Source: a virus. Taken from it: a stretch of 64,000 bases of DNA. The notes beneath the pieces were generated by a model, which had not been told where the DNA came from, did no database searches, and worked only from the letters and a program-made list of their open reading frames with translations. A program made the translations under genes and the position numbers. Of the stretch, positions 28,902 to 37,100 are shown in pieces. The stretch lies in the IMG/VR virus record IMGVR_UViG_3300037067_022543, one strand, 5' to 3'. The first letter of the stretch is position 1. Every line of letters starts with the position of its first letter.

Positions 28902-29660
28902 TTAAATCCATTGTTCAATATAATTTCTGTCTTGTGTAAAAATTGGAATTGTGCGATCTTCAATAATATCTGTTCTGAAAACATCGTGATCGCTAATGTT
29001 TTTTTTAGCCTGTTTTTTATATAAGCAAATGCCGCGTTTCTTCCATATGTCTATATTATTCCAATTTATGCCTTTTTCTTTAAAAAGTTTTTCCTGAACT
29101 TGATCGTTATTTAATCCAGACATTTCCTTATGAGAAAAGTTTGCTTGTCCAAGTCCCTGAATACTATTTCTGGTACAATCATTTTGTCTCCAAATAAAAT
29201 AGTTGCAAACTTCTTCTTTAGGCAATACAAAGGCTCTGGAATCAAATAGTCCACAATCACTAATTTCTGGTGATTTTAAATTTAGAAATATAAAACATTT
29301 ATTAAAGCATATAGTAGCAATGGATGCAGATACACTAACAATTTTTTGAAGATTCTTTTCAAACCAAGCTTGCGTGTAAATATTTTCGTAATCTGTTGCC
29401 AAAATGCTGATTTCGTCAGATTGAATATAAGCTAACTTTGAACCTTGAATTTCTTCAAGCAAACCCCTGCCTGTATCAACCATAGCCATTGCAAAATCTT
29501 CATCGAAAGGCTTTTGAAATCCACTCCTTTGTGTAAAACTATGAAACGCCTTTCCATCAACTCTAATAATTAAAGGCATTCTACGAGTAAGATAATGAAG
29601 ATTAACTTCCTCGTACTGCTTCATACGATTTCCTAAAGAATCTGTTTCTATTGTTTTCAT
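28902..29660 (-). CDS. Thg1-like protein (tRNA-His guanylyltransferase / 3'-5' polymerase family)
   Basis: LIIRVDGKAFHSF, IQSDEISIL and FDSRAFVLP match Thg1/TLP catalytic motifs. Confidence 0.8.
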   Translation of the reverse strand: MKTIETDSLGNRMKQYEEVNLHYLTRRMPLIIRVDGKAFHSFTQRSGFQKPFDEDFAMAMVDTGRGLLEEIQGSKLAYIQSDEISILATDYENIYTQAWFEKNLQKIVSVSASIATICFNKCFIFLNLKSPEISDCGLFDSRAFVLPKEEVCNYFIWRQNDCTRNSIQGLGQANFSHKEMSGLNNDQVQEKLFKEKGINWNNIDIWKKRGICLYKKQAKKNISDHDVFRTDIIEDRTIPIFTQDRNYIEQWI

Positions 29661-29668
29661 TATTTTTC

Positions 29669-30514
29669 CTAATTATTTATAACAAAAATTTCTTCATTTT
29701 CATCAAATTTGCCATCATCCCACCAACGAACATCTGGAAAACACCAATTCAATTTCATTTCGTCATATATCATTTTGTTAGTTTCTGTGTTCTGAATATA
29801 TAACCTTATAGGCTTTATTTTCATAATGTCAACATATCTCGTCCTCAAATGTATAAAAGTATTCCAACTATGAACACTAATTCCAATGCCATCAATGTAG
29901 CCGTCAACCATCTTGACAAAGTTTTTAGTTAGAAATATTCCATTCGTTTGAAGATAAATTGGAGTATCCTTTGCAGCTTTCCGTCTCAAACAGCAAAGTA
30001 TAGCAACTAATTTAGGATAAAGCAAAGGCTCTCCACCAGAAACAATAATAGTTCTATATTTTTTTAAGTCAACTTCCTTCCCATCAAGATTAAAAATTTT
30101 TCCATTAAAATCTTGAAGTGGAATCCACTTTTTACTATATTCTTCCAACTTATTAATGCAATACTCGCACTTTAGATTGCAAGCCAAAGTAACCTTAATT
30201 CGGCATTTTGTTTTTTTAACAAAATTAAATTTGTTTTCTGTTTCCTTTTTCCGACCAGTATATAATTCCCAACAAATTGGACAACACTCATCTTTCGTAT
30301 GAAACTTACCTTGACTCCCGCTCAAATGATAATCCTTGCCAATTTTACCGCATAATGTTTTGCTATGTACTAACAAAATTGGTTCTATTGGTGAAATAGG
30401 AATATGCACCCATTTATCGTCAGAATAACAAAGTTCCATATATGGCATTATTTTTCTCCCATCAATCATAACATAAATCATAATTATTTTATGCACCAAT
30501 ATTGTATCCCACAT
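29669..30514 (-). CDS. radical SAM domain protein
   Basis: CNLKCEYC (CxxxCxxC) and SGGEPLL. Confidence 0.7.
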   Translation of the reverse strand: MWDTILVHKIIMIYVMIDGRKIMPYMELCYSDDKWVHIPISPIEPILLVHSKTLCGKIGKDYHLSGSQGKFHTKDECCPICWELYTGRKKETENKFNFVKKTKCRIKVTLACNLKCEYCINKLEEYSKKWIPLQDFNGKIFNLDGKEVDLKKYRTIIVSGGEPLLYPKLVAILCCLRRKAAKDTPIYLQTNGIFLTKNFVKMVDGYIDGIGISVHSWNTFIHLRTRYVDIMKIKPIRLYIQNTETNKMIYDEMKLNWCFPDVRWWDDGKFDENEEIFVINN

Positions 30515-30696
30515 GATGTTTTTTGCCAGGTTTCACGCTTTTTAAAATTATCGGAGGCATACATTGCCTATCAACATAATATTTTTCTTTAGAACTTCTA
30601 CCTAAAATAATAATCACAACTTACAAAGCTCTTTTTGTGTATCCATACTCCATACTCTAAACACTTTACTCTTACTAAAGTTCTCCACATTTCATC

Positions 30697-31196
30697 ACTA
30701 TGTTTTTCTTTCATTTGATTTTTCCCATTTATAAACTGGAATATTTTTCTTAAACCAGTTATGTTCTCTGCCTAGATTCAAATCTCTGATAGCTCTCTCC
30801 AAAAGATCTTCTCTTTCTCCTTCTGGTGGGCTATTTATGGAAATTCTATCATATATATAAGCTTCAAGTATATCATCAAAAGAAATCCGAATGGCAGCAT
30901 GTCCATCTAAAATAGATAGACAATTTTCTTCTGGTTTCCAACCCCAAATAGTACCAATATATTCCCTATTTTTAGTTTTTACAACTGCTATCCCAGGACC
31001 ATATTTATTTTCTGTTTTGTTTTTTATGTTGTTGATTTATTTCCTCCGCAATAACAGACTTAATTCTATGAACAGCATCCGATATTCCCTCATTTGGCAA
31101 TAATTGAGAAACAGCAAAAATTTCGTGTGCCAATCCATCAAGATTAACAATCCTATTAAGATTAGCAATTGTTATTGTTGTGTTTTTTTTCTTCAC
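30697..31196 (-). pseudogene. gene split by a frameshift in an A-rich tract (N-part is track ORF 31005..31196; C-part ~97 codons with no start, 30697..~31004)
   Basis: Downstream frame YGPGIAVVKTKNREYIGTIWGW...RKT has no ATG, GTG or TTG start; the junction sits in cataaaaaacaaaacagaaaataaata. Confidence 0.4.
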
Positions 31197-31416
31197 AATT
31201 ACCGTTCCTTTGATAAAAAACGTAACAAATAATAAAACAATGTCAAGAAAAAAATTACAAATTTACAACATGCCCATACTCTTTAAATACTTTACAGCAT
31301 TTATATATTTTAATGGAGTTCCCCAATTCTGAATAGCATTAATATGTATTCCAGCCGTCATATTTTTAAATTATACAAGAAAAGGATAAATATTTTAAAA
31401 ACAAGAATATAATAAC

Positions 31417-31874
31417 ATGAAAATTACACCTTGCGGCTCAAAAATACAAATAAATAGCGACAATCTCAATCGTTTTATAACAGCACAATCAGAAAATTAT
31501 AACAATGCCATTTCCGAATTAAAAAATGGGCAAAAGAGAACACATTGGATATGGTTCATCTTTCCACAAATTGATGGTTTGGCCATAGTTCAACGACAAA
31601 ATACTATTCTATAAAAAATTCAGAAGAAGCCAAACGATATTTGGAACATCCTATTCTTGGAGCAAGACTTCTGGAATGTGCCAAAACTCTTCTTGCTATT
31701 GAAGGACAACCAATCATTAAAATACTCGGAACGCCAGACGACTTGAAACTAAAATCTTCTATGACATTGTTTGCATCTATCTCAAATGGAGAAAATATAT
31801 TTAATGAAGTCATTGATAAATACTTTAATGGCAAATATGATGATGCTACGATTAGGTTGCTGGACAAGGTTTAA
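31417..31874 (+). pseudogene. DUF1810-like gene with an apparent -1 frameshift (track ORFs 31417..31614 and 31641..31874 are one gene)
   Basis: Frame a carries HWIWFIFPQIDGL and frame c continues GHSSTTKYYSIKNSEEAKRYLEHPILGARL. Re-reading one G at ggtttggcc restores ...FPQIDGLGHSS... Confidence 0.6.
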
Positions 31875-31916
31875 TAGTTGTCTAATTGAAAGAATATACC
31901 ATTAAATACAATAATA

Positions 31917-32783
31917 TTATAACGAATTATTATGCCTTACCCTATAATAAGAAACATATTTCTTTAACTTTTCAATACTTCTTTTAGAAAGATTAGAACG
32001 ATCTATCCCATATTTTTCAACTAATGCTTCAATCAAATCATTTGCAATTTCTTCATTAGATTTATTCCAGTCTACCTTAGACCAATCATATTTTCTGTTT
32101 GGACTATACTGCAATGTTTCAGGAGCGTATAAAGTTCTATATCTAGAAACCAATGATCTACTAATATTATATTCTTCTGCAATTTCTCTATTAGACTTAC
32201 TCCAATCAACTTGCGGTCCTAAAACAGACCAATCATATTGAGTGGGAATTGAATGAACTGTATTTGGGGCAAAAGTCTTCCTATTTCTTGGAACTGAACC
32301 AATAGAAACACCATTTTCTATGGCAATTTCTTCATTAGGCTTATTCCAGTCCACCTTAGACCAATCTATATTTTTTGGTCCAGAATTAAGTTTTGTATCA
32401 GGGGCTAATTTTGATCTCATTCCAGATATATGATCATAGCTCAAACCAATTTCTTGTGCAATTTCTTCATTAGATTTATTCCAGTCCACCTTAGACCAAT
32501 CTGGTTTTACTATTGTATTTGGGGCTAGTTTTCTCCTCATAAAACTAACATATCCCATGGGGGCTCCTATTTCTTGAGATATTTCTTTGTTTGTTTTATT
32601 CCAATCAACCTTGGAAAAATTATATTTCGGTTGCATTGTTTCTGGAGCGTATCTCTTTCTCATTCTAGAGACATAAACAGAAGACGCCCCTGATTCTTTT
32701 GCAATTTCTGATGTTGATTTGTTCCAATCAACCTTGGAAAAATCATATTCAGAAGCTATTTTATACATTGTGTACCAGTTCAT
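31917..32783 (-). CDS. tandem HTH-like repeat protein (MNWYTMYK...; repeats DWSKVDWNKSNEEIAQEIG..S.....MR.K.AP.T)
   Basis: About seven ~35-aa repeats; paralog of 34102..35052. Confidence 0.55.
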   Translation of the reverse strand: MNWYTMYKIASEYDFSKVDWNKSTSEIAKESGASSVYVSRMRKRYAPETMQPKYNFSKVDWNKTNKEISQEIGAPMGYVSFMRRKLAPNTIVKPDWSKVDWNKSNEEIAQEIGLSYDHISGMRSKLAPDTKLNSGPKNIDWSKVDWNKPNEEIAIENGVSIGSVPRNRKTFAPNTVHSIPTQYDWSVLGPQVDWSKSNREIAEEYNISRSLVSRYRTLYAPETLQYSPNRKYDWSKVDWNKSNEEIANDLIEALVEKYGIDRSNLSKRSIEKLKKYVSYYRVRHNNSL

Positions 32784-32938
32784 ATATTATATTTACTTCA
32801 AAAGTAGGTAGAATCCTTGCTTCTCTTTAAATATATTTTAAGAGATTGTTATTTACATTCAAAACACTAAAAGTGTTGTAATTTTACAATTAAAGAAATA
32901 AACTTAAATCAATAATATATTGGGGTAAAAAAATAATT

Positions 32939-33955
32939 ATGAATAATAAAGTCCTGTTAATATGCAAAAAACGTACAGTAGAATATGGTGTTTCTATAGG
33001 GCTAGTCAATTCTGCTACCTTCGTTGCAAATTTTTTAATAGCCAATGGCATACCTTCTAAAGTAGTTTCTGTTATAGATTCAAATTCAATAGACAAAGAA
33101 GTTTTTAACTACAAACCAACACATATTTTTATACAAGCCATATGGGTTCCACCATATAAAATGAAAGAACTTGTCATTAGATATCCAAAAATTAAATGGC
33201 AAATAAGAGTGCATAGTAAAATACCGTTTTTAGCCAATGAAGGAATAGCCATTAATTGGTTGTCTCAATACAATAATATAATAAAACAATTTAATAATTT
33301 AAGTGTTTCTGGAAATAGCATGGCTTTTGCAGACGCTATGCAAAAGTCAATGAATATGCCGGTTTATTATCTTCCAAATTTGTATTTTCTTAATCATAAT
33401 CCACCACAGAGAAAACCTATGGAAAATAAATATATTAATATTGGATGTTTTGGGGCTATACGCCCTCTTAAAAATCACTTATTGCAAGCCATGGCAGCTA
33501 TTTATGTTGGTAACAAAATAGGCAAACCAATAAGGTTTCATATAAACGGCGGAAGACCTGAACAAGGTGGAGAACAAATATTGAAAAATTTAAAATCTCT
33601 TTTTGATGCTTCATCTCCACATGAACTAATAAGCCATAAGTGGGAAGAGCATAATAAATTTTTGGAACTTGTTGCTAGTATGGACGTAGGTATGCAAGTT
33701 AGTATATCAGAAACCTATAACATTATTGCAGCTGATTTTGTAAACGTAGGAGTTCCAATTATCGGTTCACAAGAAATTTATTTGTTACCGTTTTTTAGAA
33801 AGGCTTGGGCGTTGAATATAAGCTCTATTATTTGCCATCTTTATGCAGCCTATAAAAGAGATAATTTCATAAAGAGATTCATTTGCAGCCAAAAACTGAA
33901 GGCTGACACTAGATCAGCAGGTAAGAAATGGTTGCTTTTTTTAAAAAAACAATAG
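32939..33955 (+). CDS. glycosyltransferase, GT-B (family 1-like)
   Basis: C-terminal SISETYNIIAADFVNVGVPIIGS resembles the GT1 nucleotide-sugar binding motif (E..G....EAmA.G.PVI). Confidence 0.45.
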   Translation: MNNKVLLICKKRTVEYGVSIGLVNSATFVANFLIANGIPSKVVSVIDSNSIDKEVFNYKPTHIFIQAIWVPPYKMKELVIRYPKIKWQIRVHSKIPFLANEGIAINWLSQYNNIIKQFNNLSVSGNSMAFADAMQKSMNMPVYYLPNLYFLNHNPPQRKPMENKYINIGCFGAIRPLKNHLLQAMAAIYVGNKIGKPIRFHINGGRPEQGGEQILKNLKSLFDASSPHELISHKWEEHNKFLELVASMDVGMQVSISETYNIIAADFVNVGVPIIGSQEIYLLPFFRKAWALNISSIICHLYAAYKRDNFIKRFICSQKLKADTRSAGKKWLLFLKKQ

Positions 33956-34101
33956 ACTTCTCAATGCTACTGAGATGCCTTGATACTACAATAATCTACT
34001 GGTTCAACTTGAGCTAAATTTAGTCTACCAGAAGAATAGTGAAATGGAAAAATTGTGGGACAGAAAAACAGGATCTTATCGTTAATAACAAACCCAATAA
34101 T

Positions 34102-35052
34102 TTAAAGTTGAAAATTATTGTCTAATTGAGAAGATTTATACCAGTTGAAAGAAGAAAACAATGATTTTAACGGTTCGGTCTCTTGTGGATTTGGTTTGTG
34201 AAGATAATGTCTAACTTTTCCAACATATGCTGTTAATTTTTCAAGATATCTTTCTGGAAGTTTAGACGGATCAAAATCTGGTTCTTTTTTTAACTCTTCA
34301 ATTAAAAATTCTGCTATTTGTCTATCTTTTTTATTCCAATCTACCAATTCCCATTTTAATTTTCTAGGTTGTTTTCGTAATGTCCATGGAGCATATTTTT
34401 TTCTATATCTAGAAATATATGCTGGATCAACATCTTTTTCTTCTGCAATATCTGTTGTTCTTCTAATCCCCCATGCAATTTGTGGACCTTCAGTTGTCCA
34501 GTCTGTTTCCTTCTCATAACGCTTAATAGTATCATTAGCCCAAAACGCCCTCATAGCGTGAACATAATGTATATTTCTATCGGTTTCTATTGAAATTTCC
34601 TTATCGGATTTTACTTTCCATTCCACTTTTGCCCAGTCAACTTTAGCTATTGTATCTGGAGCACATCTCCTCCTCATGCGAGAAACACTAGTGGGATGAA
34701 GTCCTGTTTCTTGAACAATTTGCTTTGTTGATTTGTTCCAATCAATATCGGAACATTTTAAATATTCTTTTATTGTATCTAAAGCAAAACGTCTTCTCAT
34801 TTTTCCAACTTGGTTTTCTCCCTTCCCAATTTCTTGAGATATAACTTTGTTAGACTTGCTCCAGTCTATTTTTGACCAATCAAAATACTTAGTTTTTGTT
34901 TCAGGAGCACATATTACTCTTAAATGATAAATATAACTCATACTTAGTCCAGTTTCTTGCGAAATTTCAGCAGTGGATTTGCTCCAATCTATATCTGAAC
35001 AATCATATTTTGGTTTGCTGTATGTAGTTTTATATAATGTATACCAATTCAT
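34102..35052 (-). CDS. tandem HTH-like repeat protein (MNWYTLYK..., paralog of 31917..32783)
   Basis: Same repeat unit (IDWSKSNKVISQEIG...). Confidence 0.55.
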   Translation of the reverse strand: MNWYTLYKTTYSKPKYDCSDIDWSKSTAEISQETGLSMSYIYHLRVICAPETKTKYFDWSKIDWSKSNKVISQEIGKGENQVGKMRRRFALDTIKEYLKCSDIDWNKSTKQIVQETGLHPTSVSRMRRRCAPDTIAKVDWAKVEWKVKSDKEISIETDRNIHYVHAMRAFWANDTIKRYEKETDWTTEGPQIAWGIRRTTDIAEEKDVDPAYISRYRKKYAPWTLRKQPRKLKWELVDWNKKDRQIAEFLIEELKKEPDFDPSKLPERYLEKLTAYVGKVRHYLHKPNPQETEPLKSLFSSFNWYKSSQLDNNFQL

Positions 35053-35094
35053 ATATTGATATTACAAAAAAATGAGTTGATAATCCTTTAAAAA

Positions 35095-35171
35095 TGGTGA
35101 TCTCGGAGGAATTCGAATCCCCAATTTCTTCCACGTCAAGGAAGCACATTAACCAATTATGTTACGAGACC
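35095..35171 (-). tRNA. tRNA-Val (anticodon GAC), CCA encoded
   Basis: Manual fold: acceptor GGTCTCG/CGAGATC, anticodon arm CTTCC-TTGACGT-GGAAG, T-arm GGGGATTCGAATTCCTC. Confidence 0.65.
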
Positions 35172-36214
35172 AAACTGGTGCTCCTGGCAGGAATTAAACC
35201 CACTTCTACGGGATGAGAACCAGTCGTTTTATTCGGTAAACTATAGGAGCCAAAATTCTTAATCCTATCTAAAAAACTGTCCAATTTGTTTTCTGGATAT
35301 AAATCTGACGGTATTATTTCTATAAATTTTAAATTGTTGTCTTTTACTATTTTGCGTTTGAGTTCTACTACTTTATCATATTCTTCCACCTGCCCTATTA
35401 AACCGAAATATTCTACCAATATATTATAATATGGTAAATAAAAATCACAATCCATATTGCTATTGGGATATTTTTTATTTCTTTCGTGATTTATTTTATT
35501 TATAAAAAACCAATCGTCTACTATTTTTTCAGATATGCTGTCTGCCATATGATTGTCTTGACATTTCAATCTAGTTTTTTGAAATTTACTTTTGTTTGGT
35601 TTTAATCCGCAAAAACTAACGGCTTTATTCCATGTTCCAAAAAATCTTATGGTAGCAGACAATAATCTTATTAAACAATCTCTTTTTTGAGGAGTTCTAT
35701 TAATTTTTTGAGATAATTGTATTATTTTATTAATTACTTCGTCTTTGGTATATGGAGAAAATCCAAACTGATATATTTTTCCGCATTTTGCAGAACAACA
35801 CTTGATTCTTTTTCTCGATGGATGGAATTTTTTTCCACAAATAACGCAGTTCATTTCTTCAAGCATTATTTTATTTTGTGTTTTAAGATATTTTCTAATT
35901 GAATTTCTAGTTTTTTCTGATATTTCTTTTCTTTTTTCATCACTAAAAATTCTATTTTTATTATTTACTACTGCTGCACAAGAATTGCAACAATAAAATT
36001 TCTTTGTTTTACTTCTTTTATAATCACAATTTCCAACCACAATATCTTTTCCACAGTTATAACATTTTAGATTTTTAGATTTTGTTTTAAATTGTATTCT
36101 GCATTCTTTGCTACAAAAAAACTTCCATTTTTGTTTATTCGACCAATTATAATTCCTAGCTGGCATACCAAAATGATGGTGGCAGAAAGAACACTCGACA
36201 TCAATATCTACCAT
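35162..36214 (-). CDS. N-terminal zinc-ribbon repeats + C-terminal DUF559/Vsr-like endonuclease-fold protein
   Basis: Multiple CxxC pairs; DCDFYLPYYNILVEYFG matches the DUF559 core. The ORF as called reads through tRNA-like 35176..35251, so the true 3' end is uncertain. Confidence 0.5.
   Translation of the reverse strand: MVDIDVECSFCHHHFGMPARNYNWSNKQKWKFFCSKECRIQFKTKSKNLKCYNCGKDIVVGNCDYKRSKTKKFYCCNSCAAVVNNKNRIFSDEKRKEISEKTRNSIRKYLKTQNKIMLEEMNCVICGKKFHPSRKRIKCCSAKCGKIYQFGFSPYTKDEVINKIIQLSQKINRTPQKRDCLIRLLSATIRFFGTWNKAVSFCGLKPNKSKFQKTRLKCQDNHMADSISEKIVDDWFFINKINHERNKKYPNSNMDCDFYLPYYNILVEYFGLIGQVEEYDKVVELKRKIVKDNNLKFIEIIPSDLYPENKLDSFLDRIKNFGSYSLPNKTTGSHPVEVGLIPARSTSLVS
35176..35251 (-). tRNA. 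tRNA-like element (possible Glu, anticodon CTC) with acceptor and anticodon-stem mismatches and a non-canonical T-loop
   Basis: Manual fold GCTCCTA...CAGGAGC A CCA; T-loop TTTAATT lacks C56. Confidence 0.3.
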
Positions 36215-36312
36215 AAGAATAACTCCTTTTATATAATTATTCTTTAATATGTCGGCAATCTCCTACTTGAACCTTCAATTATTTGTATTATTTTTTAGGA
36301 CGGTTCAAAAAA

Positions 36313-36390
36313 TGGTGTCGCCATCGGGACTCGAACCCGAACTTTTCAGGATGAAAACCTGATGTGTTAGCCAGTTACACCATGGCGACA
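36313..36390 (-). tRNA. tRNA-Glu (anticodon TTC), CCA encoded
   Basis: Acceptor TGTCGCC/GGCGACA, anticodon arm TCAGG-TTTTCAT-CCTGA, T-arm GGGTTCGAGTCCC. Confidence 0.7.
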
Positions 36391-36395
36391 TAAGT

Positions 36396-36487
36396 TGGTC
36401 AGAGGGGTGGGATTTGAACCCACGATTACCTTGCGGTTTTCCTCCTGCGCCCAAGGCAGGCGTTCTACCAAGCTGAACTACCCTCTG
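36396..36487 (-). tRNA. tRNA-Pro-like (anticodon TGG, G37) with a 20-nt variable region containing a GNRA-capped hairpin (ACC-GCAA-GGT)
   Basis: Perfect acceptor CAGAGGG/CCCTCTG, Pro-type D-loop AGCTTGGTA, anticodon arm CCTGC-CTTGGGC-GCAGG, T-arm GTGGGTTCAAATCCCAC; variable region AGGAAAACCGCAAGGTAATC. Confidence 0.55.
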
Positions 36488-36495
36488 TACAAAAT

Positions 36496-36572
36496 TGGCA
36501 CTCCTGACAGGACTTGAACCTGCACAATCCCACGTTCGTAGCGTAGTGCCCTTCCAATTAGGCCACAGGAGC
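36496..36572 (-). tRNA. tRNA-Arg (anticodon ACG), CCA encoded
   Basis: Acceptor GCTCCTG/CAGGAGT, anticodon loop CTACGAA, T-arm GCAGGTTCAAGTCCTGT. Confidence 0.7.
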
Positions 36573-36606
36573 ATTATACATTAAATTTTCAAATATCAAT
36601 AAAAAA

Positions 36607-36686
36607 TGGTGGGCATGGTGGGATTTGAACCCACGACCTTCTGTGTATCAGACAGACGCTGCTAAAACCAGCTGAGCTACATGCCC
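36607..36686 (-). tRNA. tRNA-Ile (anticodon GAT), CCA encoded
   Basis: Acceptor GGGCATG/CATGCCC, anticodon arm TCTGT-CTGATAC-ACAGA, T-arm GTGGGTTCAAATCCCAC. Confidence 0.7.
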
Positions 36687-36729
36687 ATAATTATGCATTA
36701 TTAAGTTTTCAAATAACAAAACTAAAAAT

Positions 36730-36804
36730 GGTCCGGACCATCCAGAATCGAACTGGAGCCTTCAAGTTCACAGCATGACGGGCTACCACTACCCCATAGT
36801 CGGC
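36730..36804 (-). tRNA. tRNA-His-like (anticodon GTG) with genomically encoded G-1; one C.C mismatch in the acceptor stem
   Basis: Anticodon arm TCATG-CTGTGAA-CTTGA, T-arm TCCAGTTCGATTCTGGA, G immediately 5' of acceptor CCGACTA; the 3' side is TGGTCCG-G-ACCA. Confidence 0.45.
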
Positions 36805-36813
36805 ATCAAAAAG

Positions 36814-36900
36814 TCGGGAAGGTCGGATTTGAACCGACAATGCATTATTTCAGCTCCTGCTTCCAAAGCAGGTCGAGTACCAGTTATCTTCTACTTCCCG
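36814..36900 (-). tRNA. degenerate tRNA-like element (anticodon TGG, A37; irregular D-arm; 17-nt variable region), no CCA
   Basis: Acceptor CGGGAAG/CTTCCCG and T-arm GTCGGTTCAAATCCGAC are intact; the anticodon stem CCTGC/GCAGG is identical to that of tRNA-Pro-like 36396..36487. Confidence 0.35.
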
Positions 36901-36937
36901 TTTTATTCTTATTTTTCAAAGATCACTCATCAAAAAG

Positions 36938-37011
36938 TCGAGCAGGACAGCTTCTCTCCAGCGACCTTCACATCACAAACGTGCCGTTCTACTGAACTGA
37001 ACTACTGCTCG
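36938..37011 (-). tRNA. degenerate tRNA-like element (pseudo-tRNA; anticodon TGT region; T-arm destroyed)
   Basis: Acceptor CGAGCAG/CTGCTCG and D-stem GTTC/GAAC are present; T-loop replaced by AGAGAAG; shares the 3' trailer ACTTTTTGATG with 36814..36900. Confidence 0.3.
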
Positions 37012-37050
37012 TTAAATTCTTATATTTTCCACTCTTCCTTCCGTTAACCC

Positions 37051-37096
37051 CCTACAATCTCCTACAATCTCCTACAATCTCCTACAATCTCCTACA
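37051..37096. repeat. 10-bp direct tandem repeat CCTACAATCT x4 plus a partial copy
   Basis: Read directly from the sequence, immediately next to the degenerate tRNA-like elements. Confidence 0.85.
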
Positions 37097-37100
37097 CGCA

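Noticed and set aside
37051-37096. Possible CRISPR array
   Set aside because: It is a 10-bp unit in direct tandem with no spacers, and elsewhere in the window there are no repeat-spacer structures of CRISPR dimensions (24-48 bp repeats with unique spacers). It is a simple tandem repeat.
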